NCBI GenBank assembly: GCA_017609985.1
Contig: JAFCCW010000013.1
Span: 36,429 to 100,428, forward strand
Length of the DNA stretch: 64,000 nt
Origin: Candidatus Iainarchaeum sp.
Lineage (GTDB): Archaea > Iainarchaeota > Iainarchaeia > Iainarchaeales > JAFCCW01
Direction: 5' to 3'
A program made the position numbers and the translations under genes. The notes under the pieces were generated by a model. That model searched no databases and was not told the origin of the DNA. It saw only the letters and a program-made list of their open reading frames with translations. This document shows, piece by piece, positions 9,864-18,534 of the stretch (positions are counted from its first letter, which is position 1; each line of letters opens with the position of its first letter).

Positions 9864-10427
9864 GTGGCTTCAGATGTTTTTTATCGGCAGATAACTGCTA
9901 ACGAAGTAAATGTGTCTCCTGAGTTGCGAGCAAAACTACTTGATTTAATGATTGAGTCATTCCTTGGCTGGAACTATTCTTCTGCGGGGGAAGAAGAGAT
10001 TGCAAAGCAAAAAGAAAAGCTTAGCCAATCTTATCAGGCCATGGCAAAGAAAAGATTGGATGCTTTACTTCACACAAACTCTATTTTTGTGGCAGAGCGA
10101 AACAATCAAGTAATTGGCTTTGCAGGGCTGACAAATATTGGTTCAGAGGACAAACCATTTTTTCAGCTTGCAGAAATTGCCTTTGAGAAAGGTGAAAGAT
10201 TTCCAAGGAGGGCAGACGGAAAGATAATTGTGGCACACAAGTCTCCTATGTCAAGAGTAAACTTTATGCGTTGGCTAAGAAATTATGCTTTTGAACGAGG
10301 CGGTTACTTTGCCTTCAATTCAGGCAGAAGACATGACTTGTTTGGAACAGGATCTAATGCAAGAAAGTCTGTTACAATAGTTCACGATTCTGCTGACTAT
10401 AGGTACAAAACAACAAAAAGGAAATAA
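9864..10427 (+). CDS. Divergent GNAT-like orphan protein
   Basis: IFVAERNNQVIGFAGL beta-hairpin typical of GNAT; basic C-terminus. Confidence 0.55.
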   Translation: MASDVFYRQITANEVNVSPELRAKLLDLMIESFLGWNYSSAGEEEIAKQKEKLSQSYQAMAKKRLDALLHTNSIFVAERNNQVIGFAGLTNIGSEDKPFFQLAEIAFEKGERFPRRADGKIIVAHKSPMSRVNFMRWLRNYAFERGGYFAFNSGRRHDLFGTGSNARKSVTIVHDSADYRYKTTKRK

Positions 10428-10488
10428 CAAAGAGAAAATCCTAAAGAAAAATAACAATAATTAATAATTTTAAAGTAGTTTTATTTAC

Positions 10489-10974
10489 GTGAAATCAAAA
10501 GTTTCTTTTAGAGAAATAACTTCTGAGGAAGCACTTGGAATCTATTTTGAAGAAATGGCAAGGCTTTACAAGATTTCTGTGTCTGGTTATGGGGCAAAAG
10601 AGCATCTTGGTCCTGAACCCCTGAAAAAGCTCGCATCTTTAAATCCAGAAGAATTGCGTTCTCGCATGCGAAAAAGTTTTGAAGGAAGAAAACTTTTTGT
10701 TCTTGAAGTGGGTGGAAAGATAGCTGGTTTTGCATCTTTGTCTTTGCATGAGGGAATCACGGGAAAAAGATTTTGGATTAGTCATGTTGCTGCTCTGCCC
10801 TTTGTCAGAAAAGGCAAGACTCTTGCAATGACTAGGTTCGTAGAACATTTGCGAAATTATGCTCATTCTCAGGAAGCAAGTTTTGAATATGGTAGACCCT
10901 TAAGACAAGAATTTTCTCACAAGCCCAAGCCAAAAAAACCAGAAAGAAAAAAAACCAAAATAATCTTGGTTTAA
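10489..10974 (+). CDS. Divergent GNAT-like orphan protein, paralog of upstream gene
   Basis: LFVLEVGGKIAGFASL; shares FREIT/YRQIT and LRNYA with 9864-10427. Confidence 0.55.
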   Translation: MKSKVSFREITSEEALGIYFEEMARLYKISVSGYGAKEHLGPEPLKKLASLNPEELRSRMRKSFEGRKLFVLEVGGKIAGFASLSLHEGITGKRFWISHVAALPFVRKGKTLAMTRFVEHLRNYAHSQEASFEYGRPLRQEFSHKPKPKKPERKKTKIILV

Positions 10975-11000
10975 AAAAGATTTTTGAAAGAGAAAAAAAG

Positions 11001-11062
11001 CTATTAGCACGCCGTTACGCCCGGCGTGTGCGTAACCTATACTCCTTTCAGTTGTATAGCTT
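11001..11062 (-). ncRNA. Putative structured small RNA, copy 1 (unknown family)
   Basis: AAGCUAUAC-AACUGAAAGGA-GUAUAGGUU-A-CGC-A-CACGCCG-GGCGUAA-CGGCGUG-CUAAUAG then C and U7; aligns with 27272-27332. Confidence 0.65.
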
Positions 11063-11082
11063 TGAGTAAGATAAAAAAAAGC

Positions 11083-11199
11083 GATTAGCAGCTTCTGGTA
11101 GGCTACACGTAAAACGCACTGCCAAGCCAATCCCTACAGGGCTTAACTTCCGGGTTCGGAATGGGACCGGGTGTTTCCCCTGCGGTATGACCGCTAATC
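11083..11199 (-). rRNA. rrf: 5S rRNA, unlinked from 16S/23S
   Basis: GAUUAGCGGUCAUACC...ACACCCGGUCCCAUUCCGAACCCGGAAGUUAAG...CUGCUAAUC; helix I pairs; followed by U8. Confidence 0.93.
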
Positions 11200-11370
11200 A
11201 GTACTAATTAGCACAGGGAGAGTTTAAAAAGCTTGCTGTTCAGCTTTAGAAAAACGAAGGAGCTGTCCCAAACAGGTCATTTATAAGTTTCAATAATGCA
11301 ATTACAACAATTGCAAATATTACCCCCTAAAAACATTTTTTTCCATGTTTATCCTATCATTTGTTAAAAA

Positions 11371-11988
11371 TCACTTCTTCTTGCCTGTTTTTGCAGCAAC
11401 TTTTTTCTTTGCAGTCTTCTTTGCTTTTGTTTTTTTCTTTTTCTTCTGCTTTGGAGCTGTCTTTTTGATTAGCTCTGCTGCCTTTTTCAGTCCCTTTCTC
11501 AATAAGTCTTCTCTCTTTGCACCTGCGCAAATCATTTTTCCGTTCTTGAACAAGAGCAGGGTAAGCTTTGGGTCTGCTATTCTCAGGATTGCTCCTGGAA
11601 ACTGTTCTGGCTCATACTCTACGTTGTCTAAGCTGAGTGCTGTCTGAAATAAGTCAAGTGTCATGTTAAGGTTTGCTGTTGCAACAAGATTCACTACGTT
11701 GTAGGAAACTTTTCTCTGCACTTTAACATCGGGTTGGATGTCGTGAATCAGCTTGCTTGCTTTTCTAATTCCTTGTTCTATTTCTTTTTCACTGCTTGCT
11801 CCGGAACAGATTACTTTTCCGTTCTTGAACAACAGCATTGAAACCTTTGGTTCCTTTAATTTCAGAATTGCTCCTGGAAACTGCTCTGGTTCATATTCGA
11901 TGGTTGGAATAGTAATAGCCAGATTATACAAATCAAGAGTAGCTTTTAAGTCAGCTGACGCAACTAGATTAACAATAGTATACTTCAT
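11371..11988 (-). CDS. tbp: TATA-box binding protein with Lys-rich C-terminal tail
   Basis: Two repeats of VNLVA...EYEPEQFPGAIL...LLFKNGK; start taken at MKYTIVN after a GGGGGT SD. Confidence 0.96.
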   Translation of the reverse strand: MKYTIVNLVASADLKATLDLYNLAITIPTIEYEPEQFPGAILKLKEPKVSMLLFKNGKVICSGASSEKEIEQGIRKASKLIHDIQPDVKVQRKVSYNVVNLVATANLNMTLDLFQTALSLDNVEYEPEQFPGAILRIADPKLTLLLFKNGKMICAGAKREDLLRKGLKKAAELIKKTAPKQKKKKKTKAKKTAKKKVAAKTGKKK

Positions 11989-12128
11989 AACATACCCCCT
12001 GTTTAAAAAGTGCTTTATAAATGATTTCACTTAAAAAGGTTTAAAAAGGGGCTGGTATTATAAGAGTTTTTAGCGATTTAAGCAATAATTCTGTGAGTCA
12101 CATTAATTAACTTTTCTTTGCATTATTT

Positions 12129-12263
12129 GTGCATGTCTTTGTCAAAAAACAGATTGTGGGAGTAGCTGTTTTGCTAGCACTTGCGCTGCTTTATGTGCCT
12201 ATTCCCTTCATCTCGGGAAAGTCAATTGCTTCGATTTTATTGCTTGCAATAGCAATATATTAG
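12129..12263 (+). CDS. Small two-helix membrane peptide (44 aa)
   Basis: Hand translation from GTG: ...KKQIVGVAVLLALALLYVPIPFISGKSIASILLLAIAIY*; below ORF-track cutoff. Confidence 0.4.
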   Translation: MHVFVKKQIVGVAVLLALALLYVPIPFISGKSIASILLLAIAIY

Positions 12264-12350
12264 CTGGCAATTGCTTAGCTAAATCCATTTAAAAACCTTT
12301 CCTAATCCAATCATATTGTTCTAAATTAAACTAGCCGTAAGGGTGTAAAA

Positions 12351-12626
12351 ATGACTAACAAGAAAGCAAAAGGAATTACTAGAAAGGGTCCAAAGGCGAC
12401 TATCAACAAAATTTTACAGGAATTTCATGAAGGCGACAAGATTCTCATAAAGATTGATTCTGGAGAACAGGGCGGAATGCCTGATCCAAGATATCATGGC
12501 TTTACAGGAATTGTCACAGGTCATCAGGGAAAGGTTGTAAAAATTGGGCTTAAAAATGGCGGGCTTGAAAAAGAGCTTTTAGTTAACCCTATTCATTTAA
12601 AGCAAGCGCAAAAGGAGGCTGCATAA
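12351..12626 (+). CDS. rpl21e: Ribosomal protein eL21
   Basis: GMPDPRYHGFTG, NPIHLK; conserved synteny with rpoF-DUF655-ksgA. Confidence 0.93.
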   Translation: MTNKKAKGITRKGPKATINKILQEFHEGDKILIKIDSGEQGGMPDPRYHGFTGIVTGHQGKVVKIGLKNGGLEKELLVNPIHLKQAQKEAA

Positions 12627-12627
12627 A

Positions 12628-12969
12628 ATGATTGGAGAAAAAGTCATTGAAAGTAAGCCGGTTTCGCTTTACGAAGTAAAGCAAACTCTTTCTGAGAGAA
12701 AAAAAGACAAAGAGCTCACTTACGAGCAAGATATCACACTAAAGTACGCTAAACAGTTTTCAAAGCTTACAAAAGCAAAATATGAAAAACTGTTGAAGGA
12801 ACTTGATGCAGTAGAGGGTCTTGACAAAGAACTAAAAGTTAAGTTGCTTGACATTGTTCCAGTTTCAAGAGAACAAGTAAAAGTACTGGTTCCAAAAAAC
12901 GTGGAACTCAGCGAAGAGTTAACTTCACAGCTTGCAGAAATCTGTGCAAAATATGCTCCAAAAAAATAG
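12628..12969 (+). CDS. rpoF: RNA polymerase subunit Rpo4 (F)
   Basis: ELTYEQ..TLKYAKQFSKL; synteny. Confidence 0.9.
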   Translation: MIGEKVIESKPVSLYEVKQTLSERKKDKELTYEQDITLKYAKQFSKLTKAKYEKLLKELDAVEGLDKELKVKLLDIVPVSREQVKVLVPKNVELSEELTSQLAEICAKYAPKK

Positions 12970-12977
12970 GTGATATC

Positions 12978-13532
12978 ATGCCAAATGAAGAAAACGCTTT
13001 AGTACTCGATTACTTACAGCATGGAAAGTCAACAGGCTACAAAGTTGAAATTATTGCACAGGTTATGGGCACTCAACACTTTACTCTCTTAGAGGTTGTT
13101 CCAAAAGAGCAATTGAAGATAATGGATTCTGTTTATGTTGGAAAGGATGAGCGAGACAAAATTGATTTTATTAAACGAAGAATTACCTATAAGGATTTGT
13201 CAAACACAGCTGTAGCAGAGCTTGATTCAGCAATTGAAAAAGTTGTAAAAGACGACGAAGAAAAGTTTGTAGAATTCTTTAATGAAGCTGGAGCAATCAG
13301 CATTAGACAGCATTCTCTTGAACTATTGCCTGGGCTTGGAAAAAAGCACATGCAGGAAATTCTAAACGAGAGAGAAAAAACTCCTTTCAAATCCTACAAA
13401 GATATTGAAGACAGAGTAAAACTAATGCCTGACCCAGTCAAGATTCTAGTGAAAAGAGTAAAGGAAGAACTTGAGGAAACAAACAAGTATTTTCTTTTTA
13501 CCCGACCTCCTGCAAAAAAAAGGCAGTTTTAG
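12978..13532 (+). CDS. DUF655 putative RNA-binding protein
   Basis: VLDYL, FTLLE, RQHSLELLPGLGKK, PFKSYKDIEDRV. Confidence 0.9.
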   Translation: MPNEENALVLDYLQHGKSTGYKVEIIAQVMGTQHFTLLEVVPKEQLKIMDSVYVGKDERDKIDFIKRRITYKDLSNTAVAELDSAIEKVVKDDEEKFVEFFNEAGAISIRQHSLELLPGLGKKHMQEILNEREKTPFKSYKDIEDRVKLMPDPVKILVKRVKEELEETNKYFLFTRPPAKKRQF

Positions 13533-13543
13533 AGCTGTTTTTT

Positions 13544-14365
13544 ATGGCACTTTTTGAAGAACTAAATACTCTGATGGTAAAGCACAGGTTTCGCCCAAAC
13601 AGAAAAATGGGACAAAATTTCATAGTTAACGAAGACATTGTCAAAGACTTGATTAATCTTGCAGACCTCAAGAAGTCGGACACAGTTCTTGAAATTGGAG
13701 CAGGAACTGGTTTTCTCACAAGAGAAATTCAGAAAAACTCCAAGACAATTGCAGTAGAGCTTGACAAAACCCTTTTCGAACTTCTTCAAAAAGAGCTTCC
13801 AAAAAAGAATCTGAAACTAGTGAATGAAAATTTTCTAAAAGCACAGCTTCCCAAATACAACAAGATTGTTTCTCTCCCCCCCTACACAATTTCTTCAAAA
13901 CTTATTCAGAAAGTTCTTGAAACCGGTTTTGAAAAAGCAGTGCTTGTTCTTCAGCGAGAATTTGCAGAAAAGCTTGTTGCAGAATCAGGTTTTCTAGAAT
14001 ACAATTATCTTTCAGTTCTCACTCAATACTATTCCACTCCTGAAATTGTAAAAAATGTTTCCCCAGATTCTTTTTTTCCAATTCCAAATTCTCTTTCCTC
14101 AATTGTTGTGCTGAATTATGGAAAAAGATTTGGAGTGGCAAAAGATGAAGTAAAGTTTAGGAATTTTTTAAAGTCTGTTTTCAGATACCAGAACAAAAAT
14201 CTTTCAAACTCGCTAAAATGTGCTTTTCCTTTCATAAAAAAAGAAGTTGGTCTCAAAAAAACTGAATTCAATGAAAAAATTTCTTTGCTTGACTTAAACG
14301 AATTCAAAACAAACCTTGTTTTTCCAGAAGAATTTGTAAAAGTTTTTAATTCACTTTATGTTTAG
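13544..14365 (+). CDS. ksgA: 16S rRNA dimethyladenosine transferase KsgA/Dim1
   Basis: GQNF, VLEIGAGTG, SLPPY, LQREFA, FFPIP. Confidence 0.92.
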   Translation: MALFEELNTLMVKHRFRPNRKMGQNFIVNEDIVKDLINLADLKKSDTVLEIGAGTGFLTREIQKNSKTIAVELDKTLFELLQKELPKKNLKLVNENFLKAQLPKYNKIVSLPPYTISSKLIQKVLETGFEKAVLVLQREFAEKLVAESGFLEYNYLSVLTQYYSTPEIVKNVSPDSFFPIPNSLSSIVVLNYGKRFGVAKDEVKFRNFLKSVFRYQNKNLSNSLKCAFPFIKKEVGLKKTEFNEKISLLDLNEFKTNLVFPEEFVKVFNSLYV

Positions 14366-14386
14366 AATTTATGCTATGTTTAGTGT

Positions 14387-15889
14387 TTAAACAAATTCTT
14401 CTAAGATAATTCTTTCCATTTGAACAACTTCAAGAGACTTTGCAATTTTTTCAGCTGCTTCAAGTTTTCTTTTGGTTGAAGAATAAATTGTGAAAAGAAC
14501 TTCCTTCTTTTTTACAGTGTCGCCTGCTTCAACTTCAAGCAGTAATCCAGCATAATGGTCTGCTGGAGCCCCGGCTGCTCTGGCAATGTCAATGCAGTTT
14601 CCAAGATTAACTGAGTGAATTTCTCCTGATTCTTTTGCCTTTATCTCTATCTTGTATTTTCCGTCTTTTATTTCAGTACTGGTTGTGGCCTTTGCGCCCT
14701 GTGCTTTAATGATTGCTTTCATTTTTTTAAGAGCCTGTTTGCTTTCAAGAATATTCTTTGCTTTGCTGTATCCTTTTCCCTTTTTTGTTTTTCCGCATAA
14801 TTCAAACAGCACTCCTGCTAGCTCGCAACTCTTTTGTGCAAGATTGTCAAAAACTTTTCCTTCAAGAATTTTCATTGCATGCTTTGCTTCAAGAGCTGGT
14901 CCAAAAGCAGGGCCTGAGGGTTCTTCTCCGTTTGTAATAACTGCATTAACCTTCATTCCAAGTGATTCTCCAACACTCAAAAACTTGAGTGCCATTTCTT
15001 CTGCCCGTTTTCTTGTCTTGATTTTTGCCTCGGGTCCAACAGGCAAATCAATTACAACATATTTTGCTCCAACGCTTGCTTTTTTTGCCATAACACTTGC
15101 AATAACTTGTCCGTCCGGGTCAAGGGAGAGAGGGTGTTCAACCTTTATTATCTTGTCGTCAACTGGAGCAAGGTCTAGTGAACCGCCCCAGACAATTACT
15201 CCGCCGTGCTTTTCAGTAATGTTTTTGATTTTGTTCAAGGGCAATCCAACTTTGGCAAGAACCTCCATTGCGTCAGCTGTTCCTGCGGGAGAAGTAATTG
15301 CTCGAGAAGAAGTTTTTGGAATAAACAGTCCTGCTGAGGCAACAATCGGAATCACAATCATTGTTGTTCTGCCGTTTGTTCCTCCAACCGAGTGCTTGTC
15401 AACAATAGGAGCTTTTGAAATTTTTAACTGCTTTCCATCATCTCTTAAAGCTTTTGTCATTGCAACTGTTTCCTCTAAATCATAACCGTTGATAAAAATA
15501 GCTGTCAAAAACGCACCTAATTCCACATCGCTTAGCTTGTTGTCGCCAATGTCTTTTACAATTGTTCTAAGCTCTTCTTCGGAAAGCTTTCCTTTGCGAA
15601 TCTTTTTTTGAATAAATTTTACGCTCTCTGGTCTCGGCACTGCAGAAACCCTTATTCTTGCGCTCTTTTTTGCCTTCAAAATCTTTTGAACATCTTCATA
15701 AATCCCAATCTGGTCTGGACCAACCATTGAATCAGTTGTGTCAACCACGGTTGTCATGCACTTTTTTGCAGAAGGATTTGTCAATTCAACTCTGTCAAGG
15801 GGAAACACTCCAAGCTCACCAGCATCTTTTTCATTCAAGAGACAGATGAGTTTTCCTGTTTCAATATCAAAAAGCTTTGCTTTCATCAT
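14387..15889 (-). CDS. AMP phosphorylase (thymidine phosphorylase family, archaeal type)
   Basis: DKHSVGG, PKTSSRAITSPAGTAD, WGGSLDLAPVDD, AGAP; N-terminal extra domain. Confidence 0.9.
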   Translation of the reverse strand: MMKAKLFDIETGKLICLLNEKDAGELGVFPLDRVELTNPSAKKCMTTVVDTTDSMVGPDQIGIYEDVQKILKAKKSARIRVSAVPRPESVKFIQKKIRKGKLSEEELRTIVKDIGDNKLSDVELGAFLTAIFINGYDLEETVAMTKALRDDGKQLKISKAPIVDKHSVGGTNGRTTMIVIPIVASAGLFIPKTSSRAITSPAGTADAMEVLAKVGLPLNKIKNITEKHGGVIVWGGSLDLAPVDDKIIKVEHPLSLDPDGQVIASVMAKKASVGAKYVVIDLPVGPEAKIKTRKRAEEMALKFLSVGESLGMKVNAVITNGEEPSGPAFGPALEAKHAMKILEGKVFDNLAQKSCELAGVLFELCGKTKKGKGYSKAKNILESKQALKKMKAIIKAQGAKATTSTEIKDGKYKIEIKAKESGEIHSVNLGNCIDIARAAGAPADHYAGLLLEVEAGDTVKKKEVLFTIYSSTKRKLEAAEKIAKSLEVVQMERIILEEFV

Positions 15890-15963
15890 CTGAGAGTAAC
15901 CAGATGAAATTTCACATTTTTCTCTAACCATTTTAATCCAATTAGAAAACGCTGTTTGTCTAT

Positions 15964-16611
15964 TTAAAGATTTCTTATAATTTCTTCAAGTTCTGAAAAG
16001 TTTTTTATTTCAAAATCCGGTTCTGTTTCCCGTAAGGATTCTCTACTTCCGAATCCATAACTTGCCCAGACAGAAACAACTCCTGCACTTAACCCTGCTC
16101 CGACATCGTAAATCATGTCTCCAACAAAAACAGTTTTTTCTTTGCTGACTCCAGTTCTCTTTATTGCCAGCTCCACTATGTCTGGTGCAGGCTTTGCTTT
16201 CTCAACCAAGTCTTCTCCAAGAATAACATCAAAATATTTTGCTATTCCAACACCCTCTGCGACAAGCTCAGCCATATAAGTCTTTTTAGTTGTTGCAATC
16301 GCAAGCTTGATTCCAAACTTTTTTAAGGTTTCAAGTGTTTCCATAACTCCTTGGTAAGTTGGGGAACCAGTTGGTCCAATTTCGCTATATTTTTTTCTAT
16401 AGCTTGCAGATGCTTCTTCAACCAAGTTCTTTTTTTTGTCAGGCAGAACGATTTCAAAAATTTCTTCAAGAGGCATTCCAGTGTACTGCAGAAGGTCTTC
16501 TTGTTCTTCAACTCCGACTTCTTTTAGTGCATGGTTAAAAGAAATATTCATTTCCCTCAAGGAGTCAATCAGAGTACCATCTAGGTCGCAAGCGAGAAGT
16601 TTTTTGTTCAC
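15964..16611 (-). CDS. HAD-superfamily phosphatase (Gph-like)
   Basis: DLDGTLIDS, AKPAPD, VGDMIYD. Confidence 0.9.
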   Translation of the reverse strand: MNKKLLACDLDGTLIDSLREMNISFNHALKEVGVEEQEDLLQYTGMPLEEIFEIVLPDKKKNLVEEASASYRKKYSEIGPTGSPTYQGVMETLETLKKFGIKLAIATTKKTYMAELVAEGVGIAKYFDVILGEDLVEKAKPAPDIVELAIKRTGVSKEKTVFVGDMIYDVGAGLSAGVVSVWASYGFGSRESLRETEPDFEIKNFSELEEIIRNL

Positions 16612-16619
16612 AAAAACAC

Positions 16620-17471
16620 CTAGAAGTCTATTTCCTTGTTGAGTTCTTTGATTGCCTTTACTGCTGCTCCGGCAAAGTCAGTGGTTCCTTCCTTTTCGTA
16701 AGCAAAGTTTATTCCACTGCTTGAATTGATTCTTTGAATTGCAATGTCCATGCCTGTTTTCTTGAGGATGCTTGTGACTTCTTCAGCTGAACCACCCTGT
16801 GCGCCCACGCCAGGAATAAGTAATGGCATTTTTGCTTTCTTTTCCACAAAGAATTTGCAAAGTTCCTCCATTTCAGCAGGCGAAGTTGCTCCAACAACTG
16901 CTCCCACGTTTCCCTCTGCATTGGAACCCCATTCCACAATTTTTTCTGCAACAATCTCGTAAAGTTTTCTTCCCTCTATTTCAAGGTTTTGTAATTCTTT
17001 TGCTCCCTCGTTGCTTGTTCTGTTCAGAATGTATGCTCCCTTTCCCTTTTCCTCACACCATTTAATGAACGGTCCAACAGAATCCTGTCCCATGTATGGG
17101 GCAAGAGTAACACAGTCTGCTCCCCAAAATCCAAAAACTTCTTCTGCATAGGCTGCGGAAGTCTTTCCAATGTCTCCTCTCTTTGCATCAAGAATAACTG
17201 GCAAGCCAACCTCTTTTGCTTTTGCAATAACCTTCTTCAAAGCTCTTAGTCCCTCAAAACCATACTGTGCATAGAAAGCAATGTTTGGCTTGATTGCTCC
17301 CGGGAGCGTGTTCTCTGAAGAAGCAGCCTCGAGAATTTGTTCGTAGAAACTTGAAATTTGTTCTTCTGGTCCGCCTTTAAGAGGGATTTTATCAAGAACA
17401 GGGTCTGCTCCCATGCAGACAATGCTCTTGTTTTTTTCAGTTGTTTCTCGCAGAAGGTCAGCGTAACCCAT
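16620..17471 (-). CDS. pyrF: Orotidine-5'-phosphate decarboxylase (subfamily 2)
   Basis: KPNIAFY, DAKRGDIG, GAVVGAT, LIPGVGAQGG; TAATG coupling to pyrE. Confidence 0.93.
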   Translation of the reverse strand: MGYADLLRETTEKNKSIVCMGADPVLDKIPLKGGPEEQISSFYEQILEAASSENTLPGAIKPNIAFYAQYGFEGLRALKKVIAKAKEVGLPVILDAKRGDIGKTSAAYAEEVFGFWGADCVTLAPYMGQDSVGPFIKWCEEKGKGAYILNRTSNEGAKELQNLEIEGRKLYEIVAEKIVEWGSNAEGNVGAVVGATSPAEMEELCKFFVEKKAKMPLLIPGVGAQGGSAEEVTSILKKTGMDIAIQRINSSSGINFAYEKEGTTDFAGAAVKAIKELNKEIDF

Positions 17472-18094
17472 TACTTTCCCTCCTCTGGTTTCCATTTTTC
17501 AGGATCCTTAATATATCCAAGAATACTTTTTTGTTGTTCTTCTGTTATCTTGTTGTGTTCTACAAGAGTCTGCAAAATTTCACTCATTGTGTAAACACTG
17601 TGCAAGTCATAACCTTTTGCTTTAAGGTCGTTTTTGCCTCCTTGTTCTCTGTCCACTAACACAACAATATCCTTTACCTTCAAGCCAACTGCTTCAAGCG
17701 GAGCAATTGCTTCAAACTTGCTCTCCCCAGTTGTAATCAGGTCGTCGTAAACAAGAATTCTTTCACCCTCTGTATAGACTCCCTCAATTTTCCTCTTTGT
17801 TCCATAACCCTTTTGCTCTTTTCTTGGGTAAATCATTGGAATATCGTTTTCAAGAGACACAGCTGTTGCAATTGAAATAGCTGCGTATGGAATACCAGCA
17901 ATTCTGTCAAACTGCAAACCCATTGTTTTCTTTCTTAGCTCTTCTGCAACCTCTTTGAGGATATTAGGGTAAGAAATCAAAACCCTCAAGTCAATGTATA
18001 TTGGACTCTTTAGTCCAGACTTTAGTGTAAACTCACCAAATTTTACTGCTCCAATCTTGAACAAATCAAGACACAATTTTTCCTTTGGATTCAA
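17471..18094 (-). CDS. pyrE: Orotate phosphoribosyltransferase
   Basis: FTLKSGLKSPIYIDLR, RKEQKGYG, VYDDLITTG. Confidence 0.95.
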   Translation of the reverse strand: MNPKEKLCLDLFKIGAVKFGEFTLKSGLKSPIYIDLRVLISYPNILKEVAEELRKKTMGLQFDRIAGIPYAAISIATAVSLENDIPMIYPRKEQKGYGTKRKIEGVYTEGERILVYDDLITTGESKFEAIAPLEAVGLKVKDIVVLVDREQGGKNDLKAKGYDLHSVYTMSEILQTLVEHNKITEEQQKSILGYIKDPEKWKPEEGK

Positions 18095-18534
18095 AGGCCC
18101 ACCTCCGTTGTAAGTAAATGTTTTAACTCCTTTAAATTCCTAACCGTGAAATCTGGTTCCCTTCTCTTCAATGGCATCTCATCTTCAAACTTTCCTTGCC
18201 TTACCCACACAGCTTTCATTCCAAGTTCTTTTCCAAGAGCAATCTCCTTGACTGCTCGATCGCCAACCATCAAGCAGTCTGTTGGATTCAAGCTTTCTTC
18301 TTTCAAAATCTTTCTCAGCCCTTCCAAATCCTTTTCTTCAACAAAAAACATTTTCTTAAACCATTTGCCCACAAGCTCTTCTGCTCGCTCCCGCCTGCCA
18401 GCAGGATTCTTGCTCAGAAGGGAAAGCCTTGTTTTTCCAAGTAACTCCTCCAAAAGCTCTTCTGTGCCATCAATGAGACTATCAGTATCTGGGTTGTACA
18501 GAGTTCTGCTGAAGTCAAAAAAGATAATTTTCAT
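18091..18534 (-). CDS. Small HAD-family hydrolase
   Basis: FFDFSRTL, MVGDRAVKEI. Confidence 0.75.
   Translation of the reverse strand: MKIIFFDFSRTLYNPDTDSLIDGTEELLEELLGKTRLSLLSKNPAGRRERAEELVGKWFKKMFFVEEKDLEGLRKILKEESLNPTDCLMVGDRAVKEIALGKELGMKAVWVRQGKFEDEMPLKRREPDFTVRNLKELKHLLTTEVGL

Noticed and set aside
11246-11346. Small membrane peptide MEKNVFRG-VIFAIVVIALLK... needing one extra G in a G5 run (minus strand)
   Set aside because: Too short and requires an assumed frameshift; no independent support
14652-15485. Long antisense ORFs (also 4214-4987, 34976-35848, 46141-46824, 60280-61014)
   Set aside because: Shadows of well-supported genes on the opposite strand, with no motifs of their own
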